This document shows, piece after piece, positions 52,079-62,920 of a stretch of 64,000 nt of DNA (position 1 is its first letter; each line of letters begins with the position of its first letter). Both the position numbers and the translations under genes were made by a program. The notes beneath the pieces were generated by a model. The model was not told the origin of the DNA and made no database searches. It worked only from the letters and a program-made list of their open reading frames with translations. The DNA comes from Desulfobaccales bacterium. Its GTDB lineage: Bacteria; Desulfobacterota; Desulfobaccia; Desulfobaccales; 0-14-0-80-60-11. The stretch is taken from positions 17,632-81,631 of the forward strand of contig JBAVAG010000025.1 of assembly GCA_049585595.1 (NCBI GenBank), read 5' to 3'.

Positions 52079-53242
52079 TTAAATGAACCCGGCCCGCAAG
52101 GGCTGCGGGAAGAAGAGTTCCTGCGAGGTGCGCAAAAAATAGGCGTCGGTCATGGAGGCCAGAAAATCCCGGACGATCTCCGCAGGCTGGTGGGACTCCC
52201 GATAGGCGGGGTCCAGGGGGGCCAGGAACTCCCGGTAGATGGGCGAGTCGCGCCGGTCTTGGGCCAGGTCCTCCAAAAACCGCTGGAACAGTCGCTGGCA
52301 CAGGGCCTCGATCTTGGAGGTTTGCTCCTTGATGCGGGGATTGTTATAGATCCGCTGGTAATTGAACTCCTTGAGCTCTCTCAACAATGCCCCCACCTCG
52401 GGGCTGTATCCCACGTAGTTCTTGTCAAAACTGTGGCGCAGCAGGTCGGTCACCAGGCTGTAAACGATGGCGCCGTTGGTGCGGCCCAGGCGGCCCGCCA
52501 CCTCCGGGGGCAGCTCCTCCCGCTTGACCAGCGACAGGGTGATGGCGTCCTCCAGGTCCCGGCCGATGTAGCTAATGGTATCCGCCAGCCGGACCACGCA
52601 GCCCTCCAGGGTCATGGGCTTCAGAGAAAGCCCCGGGTCAGCCGTCTTGCTGCGAATCTCCTCCTCCAGATGGGCGAAGGTCTTGTCCCGCTGAGGGGAG
52701 AGGCGCTCCAGGTGGGTCTCCCCGTCGTGGCACAGGATGCCGTCCAGCACTTGCAGGGAGAGATTGAGGCCCCGGCCGTTTTTCTCCAGGCGGTCGAGAA
52801 AGCGCACTCCCTGGATGCTGTGGATAAAGGGGCCGATGCCGTGGGCCTGGCAGAGGACGGAGAGGATTCGTTCTCCGTCGTGGCCGAAAGGCGGATGGCC
52901 GATATCGTGGCCCAGGGCGATCGCCTCCAGCAGGTCTTCATTCAGCCGCAAAAACTTGCCGATGGTGCGGGCGATCTTGGATAGGAGCTGCACGTGCAGC
53001 ACCCGGTGGCTGATGTGTTCATGCTCGACGAGATAAAAGACCTGGGTCTTGTCAATATAACGGGTGTAGGCCCGGGAGTGGAGGATGCGGTCGGCATCCA
53101 CCGCGAACTCCTGACGGTGGCCCCGGGCCACGGACTCTTCAAAGCGGCGGCGGGATGCCTGGACCGAGCGGGTGGCGTACGGCGACAGCCAGGTTTCCTC
53201 CTGCTGCTCCAAGATTTGCCGTAGTTCCGATAGCTTGACCAT
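52079..53242 (-). CDS. dGTPase-like HD-domain phosphohydrolase
   Basis: RVLHVQ...ALGHDIGHPPFGHDGE motif. Start set at MVKLSEL. Confidence 0.8.
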   Translation of the reverse strand: MVKLSELRQILEQQEETWLSPYATRSVQASRRRFEESVARGHRQEFAVDADRILHSRAYTRYIDKTQVFYLVEHEHISHRVLHVQLLSKIARTIGKFLRLNEDLLEAIALGHDIGHPPFGHDGERILSVLCQAHGIGPFIHSIQGVRFLDRLEKNGRGLNLSLQVLDGILCHDGETHLERLSPQRDKTFAHLEEEIRSKTADPGLSLKPMTLEGCVVRLADTISYIGRDLEDAITLSLVKREELPPEVAGRLGRTNGAIVYSLVTDLLRHSFDKNYVGYSPEVGALLRELKEFNYQRIYNNPRIKEQTSKIEALCQRLFQRFLEDLAQDRRDSPIYREFLAPLDPAYRESHQPAEIVRDFLASMTDAYFLRTSQELFFPQPLRAGFI

Positions 53243-53357
53243 TGAGGTGCTATTTCCCGAATCACTATCATAGCACAAGAGCCGGCGCCCCTCAATAGCG
53301 GCAGGTTCTGGTAGCCGCAGACTTTAGCCCGCGCTCATCGAGCTTTTGCCCTAGCTG

Positions 53358-53555
53358 CTAGTGCTATGTCCTACAATTATCTTACCAAAAGATTTGAGAT
53401 AACCCCCCCTCCCTGAGAGGGGAGGGGGTTGGGGGGAGGGTGGCAACATATGGTAAATGAAAGATAAATTACCACCCACACCCGGTGTCGCCCCCTCAAG
53501 GGGGAGGGAAAAAGGGAAAGCGTTTATGCAACGTTTTCGTGGGACACAATACTAG
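53358..53555 (-). mobile_element. 198-bp MITE-like repeat, inverted copy
   Basis: Reverse complement of the 978-1175 / 58071-58268 family, with the same TIRs. Confidence 0.7.
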
Positions 53556-53708
53556 CAACCACCTAATCCACCCGCAGATTCGGGGCAGCGGACCGGCCTC
53601 CCGAGAATTGTTTGGTATTATGGCAAAGGTATGATATTTATTAAGTTTCATGGAATTTCAGACCGCCGGGGTTTAAGGTATTTTGGGCGCCGGCGCCGGG
53701 CCGAACAG

Positions 53709-54629
53709 ATGGACGACCGCGCTTATCTGGATGATTTTCTGCGCTACCTGCGGGTGGAGCGTCAGATGTCGCCCCACACCCTGCGGAGCTATCGTCTCGA
53801 TATCGGCCAGTTTTTGGAGTTTTACCGCTCCCGTCCGGGAAACCCTGATTTGCGGGAGGTGGCCTACCCGGACCTGCGGGCCTTCCTGGCCCAGGCCCTT
53901 AAGGGCCGGCGCAAGGCCACGGTGGCCCGGAAGCTCTCGGCCCTGCGCACCTTCTGCAAGTACTTGCAGCGCCAGGGGGTGTTGGCCGCCAACCCCGCCA
54001 GGCTGGCCCCCAGCCCCAAGCTGGAGAAGCCCCTGCCCCATTTTCTGACGGTGGACGAGGCCTTTCATTTGCTGGGCGCCTGCGGCGGCGACGCCTTCGG
54101 GGCCTGCCGGGACCGGGCCATTTTGGAGGTCTTTTACGGCGGCGGTTTGCGGCTGTCGGAATTGGCCGGTCTCGACCTGGGGGACCTGGACCTGGATCAG
54201 GGGGTGCTGCGGGTCTGGGGCAAGGGCGGCAAGGAGAGGCTGGCCTTTCTGGGGAAGCCGGCCCGGGAGGCGGTGGCCGCCTATCTGGCCCGGCGCCTGG
54301 CCCTGGCGGCCAAAACGGCCGGGGTGGCCTGGACCGAAGCGCGAGAGGCTGCTCCCCTGTTCCTGAACCGGCGGGGCGGCCGCCTCAGCTCCCGTTCCGT
54401 GGCCCGCCTGGTGGGCAAGTGGGCGCGGCTGGCCGGCCTCTCCCAGGCCCTGACCCCCCACGGCCTGCGCCACAGCTTTGCCACCCACCTGCTGGAGGGC
54501 CGGGCCGACTTGCGCACCGTCCAGGAGCTGCTGGGGCACGCCTCCATCTCCAGCACCCAGCGGTATTTGCATACGGACCTCGATTACCTGATGGAGGAAT
54601 ACGACAAGGCGCATCCCCGGAGCAAATGA
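53709..54629 (+). CDS. xerC: tyrosine recombinase XerC/XerD
   Basis: Phage-integrase SAM-like N-terminal domain (YLRVERQMSPHTLRSY), and HGLRHSFATHLL...LGHASISSTQRY with the catalytic Tyr. Classic xerC-hslVU neighbourhood. Confidence 0.9.
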   Translation: MDDRAYLDDFLRYLRVERQMSPHTLRSYRLDIGQFLEFYRSRPGNPDLREVAYPDLRAFLAQALKGRRKATVARKLSALRTFCKYLQRQGVLAANPARLAPSPKLEKPLPHFLTVDEAFHLLGACGGDAFGACRDRAILEVFYGGGLRLSELAGLDLGDLDLDQGVLRVWGKGGKERLAFLGKPAREAVAAYLARRLALAAKTAGVAWTEAREAAPLFLNRRGGRLSSRSVARLVGKWARLAGLSQALTPHGLRHSFATHLLEGRADLRTVQELLGHASISSTQRYLHTDLDYLMEEYDKAHPRSK

Positions 54630-54804
54630 CCAATATAGCGGTAGCACAGGCGTCTCGCCTGGGCGGCGCAGGTTTTTTGCCAGGACCCGCGGCTACCAAT
54701 AACCGATTTTGATCTCGTTCCCAAGTTCCACTTGGGACCGAGCCATTCACGATTCAGGGGACCACCCAAAACCATGAAAATCTTTGAAGTCTGAGGTTTT
54801 AAGT

Positions 54805-54915
54805 CCCCCCTCCCTGAGAGGGGAGGGGGTTTAGGGGGAGGGTGGCGGTCGCCTTTCGTAGCTGCACAGGAGACGCCACCCCCTTCCCAACCCTCCCCCC
54901 TCAAGGGGGAGGGAG
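54805..54915. repeat. internal-module-only relative of the MITE family (paired CCCCTCC/GGAGGGG hairpins)
   Basis: CCCCCCTCCCTGAGAGGGGAGGGGG ... CCCTCCCCCCTCAAGGGGGAGGG, without the GTCCCAC termini. Confidence 0.5.
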
Positions 54916-55021
54916 TTGAACCGCTACGGTCCTGAGGGACTAGCGGTATTAGCGCCGCGAACCAATTTCAGAGGAAAAAGCTTTTCTTGGCGCCCTTGGC
55001 GTCTTGGCGTGAGGTCATCCC

Positions 55022-55567
55022 ATGGACCAGGATATGAAAAAATTCCGCGGCACCACCATCCTCATGGTGCGCCGGGGGGATCAGGTGGCGGTGGCCGGCG
55101 ACGGCCAGGTGAGCCTGGGTGATATGATCATGAAGCAGCGGGCCAAAAAGGTGCGCCGCCTCTACCACGGCAAGATCATCGCCGGCTTCGCCGGTTCGGC
55201 GGCCGACGCCCTCACCCTGTTCGAGCGCCTGGAGGCCAAGCTGGAGGCCCACCAGGGGAACCTCACCCGGGCGGTGGTGGAGTTGGCCAAGGATTGGCGC
55301 ACCGACCGCATCCTGAGGCGCCTGGAGGCGATGCTGCTCACCGTGGACTTGAGCGGGGCCTTTCTCATCTCCGGCACCGGCGACGTCATCGAGCCGGATG
55401 AAGGGGTGATGGGCATCGGCTCCGGCGGGGCCTACGCCCTGGCCGCGGCCCGGGCCCTGCTGGCCCATACCGATCTCGCCCCCGCGGCCATCTGCCGGGA
55501 GGCCCTGGAGATCGCCGCCTCGCTATGAGTTTATACCAATAACGAAATTGTGATTGAGGAGTTGTAA
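55022..55567 (+). CDS. hslV: HslV peptidase subunit; in-frame TGA at 55526-55528 followed by 12 conserved codons
   Basis: GTTILMVRR...GFAGSAADA...GSGG pattern. The track ORF ends ...[12 protein letters not shown], and the same frame continues [15 protein letters not shown] (compare the E. coli end DICIYTNHFHTIEEL). The tail is 31% GC versus about 70% upstream. Confidence 0.8.
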
Positions 55568-55578
55568 TTTCATTAAAA

Positions 55579-56430
55579 ATGAATATTTTTTATTTAGATA
55601 CAAGTGCTATAAATAGGCTTTATGATAATCCAAAGATTCCGGAACTGAAAAATGCAATTATATTTAAGGGGAAGATATTTTTAAGTATTTTTAATATAGT
55701 CGAACTTGCTTCAGAATCAAATAAAGAGCGCCGAGAAGGACTACTTAAACTAGCTAGAGATATTGGTTGTAATTATCGCCCACTTGCGATGCCTAATGAA
55801 ATTCTCAAGAGAGCGGTAGAGGCAGTTAGGGTTTTAGCTCGTGATATGAATTATTCTATGGGGGAAGAATGGGATGAAGTTTGGGTTATATTGAAGGAGC
55901 CAGAGCAAATAGATCTAGAAGCATATGATAAGATAATAAAATGGAAGAAAAAACAGGAGCAATGGTATCAAGAATTACATGATAGAGGCCGCAATCTTTG
56001 GCAGGACAAGATATCTGATCTGTCTAAGGAGGAACGTCATACCTTTACGTCTAATTTTTCGAAATTGATAAAAACATACAGGCCAGAATTTATTGCAAGT
56101 TTTGTATCTAACCTCGCAAATAAAGGGGCTAATTTGACAATAAATGATGAACTTGCTAAGAGAATAGTTAGGCACTCTGAACATTGGAGATTCTTTCTAT
56201 TCAGTATGACATATGGTATGTTTGTGAGGTCTATTAGAACAAGCAATTTTGCCAAATCTAAGACACCTGGAAGCATTGACATACAACAATCAATTTATTT
56301 AGCAAATTGTGATATCTTTATAACTGCGGATGATGCTCAATATGCTATGCTTCGCTTAATTAACCAGTTCGGTCATAGAAAGAGAAAAGTATGGAAAGCT
56401 GCAAGATTCATAGAGTGGCTTTTGAACTAA
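55579..56430 (+). CDS. PIN-like nuclease-domain protein with a large central insertion (283 aa), AT-rich cargo gene
   Basis: N-terminus IFYLDTSAINRL and NIVELAS, C-terminus DIQQSIYLANCDIFITADD, giving PIN-type acidic residues D/E/D/D. About 33% GC. Sits exactly in the hslV-hslU spacer. Confidence 0.5.
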   Translation: MNIFYLDTSAINRLYDNPKIPELKNAIIFKGKIFLSIFNIVELASESNKERREGLLKLARDIGCNYRPLAMPNEILKRAVEAVRVLARDMNYSMGEEWDEVWVILKEPEQIDLEAYDKIIKWKKKQEQWYQELHDRGRNLWQDKISDLSKEERHTFTSNFSKLIKTYRPEFIASFVSNLANKGANLTINDELAKRIVRHSEHWRFFLFSMTYGMFVRSIRTSNFAKSKTPGSIDIQQSIYLANCDIFITADDAQYAMLRLINQFGHRKRKVWKAARFIEWLLN

Positions 56431-56452
56431 TACACTTGAAGGACTTTGAATT

Positions 56453-57830
<1,378 letters not shown>

Positions 57831-57832
<2 letters not shown>

Positions 57833-57858
57833 GCAGTGAGCGGTGAGCAGTGAGCAGT
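57831..57858 (+). repeat. tandem heptamer repeat (GAGCAGT x4) starting at the hslU stop codon
   Basis: GAGCAGT GAGCGGT GAGCAGT GAGCAGT, followed by a string of short GC hairpins (57859-58020). Confidence 0.7.
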
Positions 57859-58070
57859 AGGGTGCGCCCTGCGCACCGAAAAATGGGCGCGACCGTCTTC
57901 AAAAGAAATGTGGCGCCGCCGCCCTCGGCGGCGGAAGCAAGGTAGCCGCAGGCTTTAGCCTGCGCCGCACAGGCGGGACGCCTGTGCCACCCAAAGAAAA
58001 CCTGGGGCGGCCTGTGGCCGCCGGAAAAGCATATCCTGGAAAGAGGAACATCGCTGGCTGAAGCCTGCAG

Positions 58071-58268
58071 CTATTACTGTGTCCCATGGAAACGTTGCAT
58101 AAATGCTTTGCCTTTTCCCCTCCCCCTTGAGGGGGCGACACCGGGTGGGGGTGGTAATTAATCTTCCATTTACCATATGTTGCCACCCTCCCCCCAACCC
58201 CCTCCCCTCAAGGGAGGGGGGGTTATCTCAAATCTTTTATTTAAGATAATTGTGGGACATCACACTAG
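58071..58268 (+). mobile_element. 198-bp MITE-like repeat, full-length copy
   Basis: About 90% identical to 978-1175 with the same TIRs. Confidence 0.7.
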
Positions 58269-58334
58269 CTAATGATGCCGGAATCCTCAACGTTTTTGCT
58301 GACCGCTGAATGCTGATAGCCGCGAGGGACTTAA

Positions 58335-59522
58335 GTGAAGCAGAACTGGATGCCACGCGCCGATAAGGTGGTCATGAACACTTACGGCCGCCAGCCCCTG
58401 GTGTTGGTGAAGGGGGAAGGCTGCCGGGTGTGGGATGATCAGGGGATAGAGTACCTCGATTTGGTGGCCGGCCTGGCGGTCTGCAACCTGGGCCACGCCC
58501 ATCCGGAGGTGGCCCGGGCCGCGGCGGCGCAACTGGCGCAGTTGGTCCACGTCTCCAATCTCTACTACAGCACCCCCATGGTGGAGCTGGCGGAGTTGCT
58601 GGTGCGCCTCTCCTTTGCGGACCGGGTCTTTTTCGCCAACAGCGGCGCCGAAGTGAACGAAGGGGCCATCAAGCTGGTGCGCCGCTACTCCCGGGAGCGC
58701 TTCGGGCCCGGCCGGCACCGCATCATCTGCATGGAGAACTCCTTCCACGGCCGCACCCTGGGCGCCCTGTCCGCCACCGGCCAGTCCAAATTCTGGCAGG
58801 GTTTCGACCCCTTGCTGGAAGGCTTTTTGTTTGTGCCCTTCAATGACCTGAAGGCCCTGGCCGCGGCGGTGGACCACAGCGTTTGCGCAGTGCTCTTGGA
58901 GCCCATCCAGGGAGAGGGCGGCGTCTGCCTGCCGGACGCCGATTATTTAAAGGGCGTGCGCCGGCTGTGTGCGGAGAAGCAACTGCTGCTGGTCGTAGAT
59001 GAGATTCAGACCGGTCTGGGCCGCACCGGGCGGCTCTTCGCCCACGAGCACTTCGGCATCCAGCCCGATGTGATGACCCTGGCCAAGGCCCTGGCGGGCG
59101 GCCTGCCCATGGGAGCGCTGTTGGCCACCGCGGAAGTGGCCGGGGCCTTCATCCCCGGAACTCACGCCAGCACCTTCGGGGGCGGGCCGGTGATCGCCGC
59201 CGCCGCCACCGCCGCCGTATCCATCTTGAGCGACGCCAAGTTGCTGGCGGAGGTGCGCGCCCAGGGCGATTATCTGCAAAAGGCCCTCTTGAAGCTTAAG
59301 GCCGCCTTTCCCGTCATCCGCCAGGTACGGGGTCTGGGCCTCATGTGGGGCCTGGAGCTGGCCCGGGAAGGGGGGCCCCTGGTGGCCGCCTGCCGGGAGC
59401 GGGGAGTCTTGGTCAATTGCACCCAGGGCAACGTCATCCGGCTGCTGCCGCCCTTGATCGTCACTACGGATGAGCTAAACCGGGGATTGCAGGTCCTGGA
59501 GGAGGTCTTGGGTTCATTGTAG
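58335..59522 (+). CDS. argD: acetylornithine aminotransferase
   Basis: Class-III aminotransferase: [33 protein letters not shown]. Located next to argF. Confidence 0.9.
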   Translation: MKQNWMPRADKVVMNTYGRQPLVLVKGEGCRVWDDQGIEYLDLVAGLAVCNLGHAHPEVARAAAAQLAQLVHVSNLYYSTPMVELAELLVRLSFADRVFFANSGAEVNEGAIKLVRRYSRERFGPGRHRIICMENSFHGRTLGALSATGQSKFWQGFDPLLEGFLFVPFNDLKALAAAVDHSVCAVLLEPIQGEGGVCLPDADYLKGVRRLCAEKQLLLVVDEIQTGLGRTGRLFAHEHFGIQPDVMTLAKALAGGLPMGALLATAEVAGAFIPGTHASTFGGGPVIAAAATAAVSILSDAKLLAEVRAQGDYLQKALLKLKAAFPVIRQVRGLGLMWGLELAREGGPLVAACRERGVLVNCTQGNVIRLLPPLIVTTDELNRGLQVLEEVLGSL

Positions 59523-59583
59523 GGGCGGGTTTTAAACCCGCCTCCCTGCTCAGCGAAGCAGGCGCCATGAAAGAAGAAAGCCC

Positions 59584-60492
59584 ATGAAACGTGATCTGTT
59601 GACCATCCTGGATCTAAGCCGGGAGGAGATTGAAACCCTGCTGGCCCGAGCCCGGGAGTTAAAGGCCCTCCAGGTTCGCCGGGTGGAGCACGCTTCCCTG
59701 AGGGGCAAGTCCCTGGCCCTGATCTTCGACAAACCCTCCACCCGCACCCGGGTCTCCTTCGAGGTGGGCATGGCGCAGTTGGGGGGCGTCAGCCTCTACC
59801 TGGGTCCGGGGCAGACCCAGATGGCCCGCCAGGAACCCATCCCCGACACCGCCCGGGTCCTGTCCCGCTACGTGGACGGGGTGGTGGTGCGCACCTTTGC
59901 CCAGGAAACCGTGGCCGAGCTGGCCCGGCACGCCACCATCCCCGTCATCAACGGCCTCACCGACGCCCACCACCCCTGCCAGGTGCTCAGCGACCTGATG
60001 ACCATGGAGGAGCGCTTCGGCCGGCTCTCCGGTCTGGAGGTGGCCTGGGTGGGGGACGGCAACAACATGGCCAACTCCTGGATCACCGCGGCCATGCACC
60101 TCGATTTTGCCCTGCGCCTGGCCTGCCCCAAGGGTTATGAGCCCGACCCTGCCCTGCTGGAAGCGGCCCAAAGGAGCGGACGCCAAATCCATCTTTCCCA
60201 GGCCCCCCGCCAGGCGGTGCAGGGGGTCCACGTGATCAACACCGATGTCTGGACCTCCATGGGCCAGGAAGACGAAGCCGCAGCCCGGCGGCAGATCTTC
60301 AAACCCTACCAGGTCAACGCCGGCCTCCTGAACCTGGCCCGGCCCGAGGCCATCGTGCTCCACTGCCTGCCCGCCCACCGGGGCGAGGAGATCACCGCCG
60401 AGGTGCTGGAAGGGCCCCAAAGCGCCGCCTGGGACCAGGCGGAAAACCGCCTCCACTTCCAAAAGGCCCTGCTGGAGTGGCTGCTGGGTTGA
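59584..60492 (+). CDS. argF: ornithine carbamoyltransferase
   Basis: FDKPSTRTRVSFE, HPCQ, GDGNNMANS, HCLPAHRGEE. Confidence 0.95.
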   Translation: MKRDLLTILDLSREEIETLLARARELKALQVRRVEHASLRGKSLALIFDKPSTRTRVSFEVGMAQLGGVSLYLGPGQTQMARQEPIPDTARVLSRYVDGVVVRTFAQETVAELARHATIPVINGLTDAHHPCQVLSDLMTMEERFGRLSGLEVAWVGDGNNMANSWITAAMHLDFALRLACPKGYEPDPALLEAAQRSGRQIHLSQAPRQAVQGVHVINTDVWTSMGQEDEAAARRQIFKPYQVNAGLLNLARPEAIVLHCLPAHRGEEITAEVLEGPQSAAWDQAENRLHFQKALLEWLLG

Positions 60493-60493
60493 G

Positions 60494-60528
60494 GATCAGT
60501 GATCAGTGATCAGTGATCAGTGGCCAGT
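60494..60528 (+). repeat. tandem heptamer repeat (GATCAGT x4 plus GGCCAGT) immediately after the argF stop
   Basis: GATCAGT GATCAGT GATCAGT GATCAGT GGCCAGT, followed by hairpins GCACAGGCTTCCAGCCTGTGC and GGGTGCGTCTTACGCACCC. Confidence 0.7.
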
Positions 60529-60687
60529 AAGAAAAATAGACCTGGTGGCACAGGCTTCCAGCCTGTGCAAAATGTCGGGTGCGTCTTACGCACCCATAAA
60601 AAAGGCTGGTTAGCCGGACGTTAACCCGGCCCCCAGCCTTTCTCTTATTGCCTCAAGGGATGAAAAGAGGGCCAGGGCCCTCGGCCA

Positions 60688-61983
60688 CTAGCCCTCTTCT
60701 CCGGGTTCCTTTTCCCTTCCCTCTCCACCGCGTCGCCGGTGGCGGCGGTTGCGCCGGCGCCTGGGCTTGGCGGCCCTGGCCTGGGGCGGCCGGGGCGGGA
60801 CCTGTTCCGGGGCGCAGCGCTCCAGCAATTCGGCTTCCGGGGCTTCCTTGATCTGGACCAGCATCCAGGACTCGGGGTAGAGGGCCAGGCGGGCCAGGCG
60901 GGCCGGCAGAGGCCGCGCGTCCCGCAGCAGCGGGGCTATCCGGGCTTCCAGGGCCAGAATCTGGGAGACGTCGTCATGGCGTTGCCGGGGGAATTCGATG
61001 CCCCCCAGGGCTTCCTTGATCCCATCATGGATGAACTCCCGCAGGTCCTTGAAATCTTCCGGAAATTCGGGGCCCTGTTCCAAAAACGGGGTTAAAAAGA
61101 CGGCCCAGAGGAGACTGTCGGAGATGGGGCGCTCTCCCAGCATCAACAGGTCCAGGCGGTGGCAGAGATCCAGGAGGCGCGCCCTGCCGCTGGCGCCCAG
61201 GCGCCTTTCCCAGGCGGGGAAGATGGCGTAAAAGAGGGAGGAGGACAGCATCAGTTTAAAGAAGGGGGCGGCTGCGGCGCTGCGGAAGTCTTTGAGCAAT
61301 TCATCCCGCACCCGGGACGGGGAACAGGTCCGGATCAGGGGACCCTTGGACAAGATCTCCCGCCAGGCGCCGGCCTCGATGCTGAAGCCGGTGCGAGCCG
61401 CGTGGCGCAGGGTCCGCAGCATGCGCACCGGGTCGCGCTCGAAGCGCGCGGCGGGCTCGCCGATGACCCGGATGACCCGATTTTCCAGGTCCGTCAGGCC
61501 CCCCACATAATCGACCAGGGAGAAATCGCTGATGTCGTAAAACAGGGCGTTGATGGTCAGGTCCCGGCGCTCGGCGTCCTCGGCCGGCGTGCCGAAGGTC
61601 TGTTCCCGGATCGGAGCGCCTGCCGGGTTCGGCTCCTCCTCAAACTCCGAGCGGCGCCGGAAGGTGGAGACCTCAACGATGCGGCCGCCTCGGAAAAAGA
61701 CTTGCACCAGCCGGAACCGCCGGCCGATGATCCGGCTGTTGCGGAAGAGTTTGCGCAACTCCCCGGGGCGGGCGTTGGTGACCACGTCGAAATCCTTTGG
61801 CCTTTTCCCCAGGAGCAGGTCCCGCACCCCGCCGCCCACCAGATAGACGGTATAACCGGCGTGCAGCAGCCGGTAGAGAACCTTAAGGGCCTCCACATCG
61901 ATATCTTTTCGGGAGACGGTGTGTTGCGGCCGGGGGATGATGCGGGGCAGGAGTTCTGCCGGTTCAGGGCTGTTAAACCGCAT
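60688..61983 (-). CDS. pcnB: poly(A) polymerase / tRNA nucleotidyltransferase family protein (PcnB-like) with Arg-rich tail
   Basis: VYLVGGGVRDLLLGKRPKDFDVVT...RRDLTINALFYD. Confidence 0.85.
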   Translation of the reverse strand: MRFNSPEPAELLPRIIPRPQHTVSRKDIDVEALKVLYRLLHAGYTVYLVGGGVRDLLLGKRPKDFDVVTNARPGELRKLFRNSRIIGRRFRLVQVFFRGGRIVEVSTFRRRSEFEEEPNPAGAPIREQTFGTPAEDAERRDLTINALFYDISDFSLVDYVGGLTDLENRVIRVIGEPAARFERDPVRMLRTLRHAARTGFSIEAGAWREILSKGPLIRTCSPSRVRDELLKDFRSAAAAPFFKLMLSSSLFYAIFPAWERRLGASGRARLLDLCHRLDLLMLGERPISDSLLWAVFLTPFLEQGPEFPEDFKDLREFIHDGIKEALGGIEFPRQRHDDVSQILALEARIAPLLRDARPLPARLARLALYPESWMLVQIKEAPEAELLERCAPEQVPPRPPQARAAKPRRRRNRRHRRRGGEGREKEPGEEG

Positions 61984-62180
61984 GGAGCTATTATAGGCGA
62001 AATCTCCAAATTGTTTAACCTCTTATTTAATAAATACCGCAAATACCGCGGTTCCCGGCCCAAGCCGCGAAAATTCGCGGTGCCAGGCGGGATTATTGAC
62101 AAGCGGCGCCAATCCAGATATTTCTAAACTGTCAGAGATATACCTGGGACGAGGAGGAGAACCTGGGGGGTAAAAGGCTG

Positions 62181-62630
62181 GTGCTGGCCCTGGCCACCTG
62201 GGGGGGAGTGGGCTTGCTGCCGGGCGCCCCGGGCACCTGGGGGACCCTGGCGGCCCTGCCCCTCTGGTGGGCTTTGGCGCACCTGGGTCCCTGGGGCTAC
62301 GGCCTGGGGACGACGGCGGTTATCCTGGCGGGCTGGTGGGCCGCGGGCCCGGCCCAGGATTATCTGGGGCAGGCTGACCACCCCACCATCGTCATCGATG
62401 AAGTGGCGGGCCTGTTGATCACCCTGGCCGGGGCGCCGCTTTCCTGGGCCGCCGCGGGCATTGGCTTTATCTTATTCCGGACCCTGGATATCCTGAAACC
62501 GCCTCCCATTCGCTGGTTCACTTCCGGAGAATCCGGAGGCCTGGAAGTGATGGTGGACGACGTGGTGGCGGGGGTGCTGGCGCGGCTGATTTTGGAGATT
62601 GTCCATGCGTTCAAAATATTCCCGGGATGA
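62181..62630 (+). CDS. pgpA: phosphatidylglycerophosphatase A
   Basis: GGVGLLPGAPGTWGTL...DHPTIVIDEVAG...FRTLDILKPPP. GTG start. Confidence 0.85.
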   Translation: MLALATWGGVGLLPGAPGTWGTLAALPLWWALAHLGPWGYGLGTTAVILAGWWAAGPAQDYLGQADHPTIVIDEVAGLLITLAGAPLSWAAAGIGFILFRTLDILKPPPIRWFTSGESGGLEVMVDDVVAGVLARLILEIVHAFKIFPG

Positions 62631-62841
62631 TATACTGATCACTAAATTATCTTTTGAAGGGGATGTCTTGCAGGTCTTCCTTGCCGATAGCCGGGAAATG
62701 CGCGTGCCCCTGGAGTGGTTTCCCAAGCTGCGGGACGCCTCACCGGAAGTGCGCCGGCATTGGCGGCTTATCGGCAAGTCCATTGGCGTCCATTGGCCGG
62801 AAGTGGATGAGGACCTATCCCTGGAAGGGTTATTGCATTAG
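62599..62841 (+). CDS. DUF2442-like small protein
   Basis: ...RVPLEWFPKLRDASPEVRRHWRLIGKSIGVHWPEVDEDLSLEGLL is the typical DUF2442 C-terminal pattern. Confidence 0.6.
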   Translation: MSMRSKYSRDDILITKLSFEGDVLQVFLADSREMRVPLEWFPKLRDASPEVRRHWRLIGKSIGVHWPEVDEDLSLEGLLH

Positions 62842-62920
62842 GTAACTCCGGAACAAGCCGGCCGATTTTACGGTCCTTTGTGGCTGCTGGCTACTGGCAA
62901 CCAGGAACTGGCAACTGAAC

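Noticed and set aside
57859-58020. Possible CRISPR array suggested by many short palindromic repeats (also at 48240-48580 and 60540-60600).
   Set aside because: The repeats are not identical to one another and are irregularly spaced, with no constant repeat/spacer periodicity. No cas genes are present. They are REP-like hairpins.
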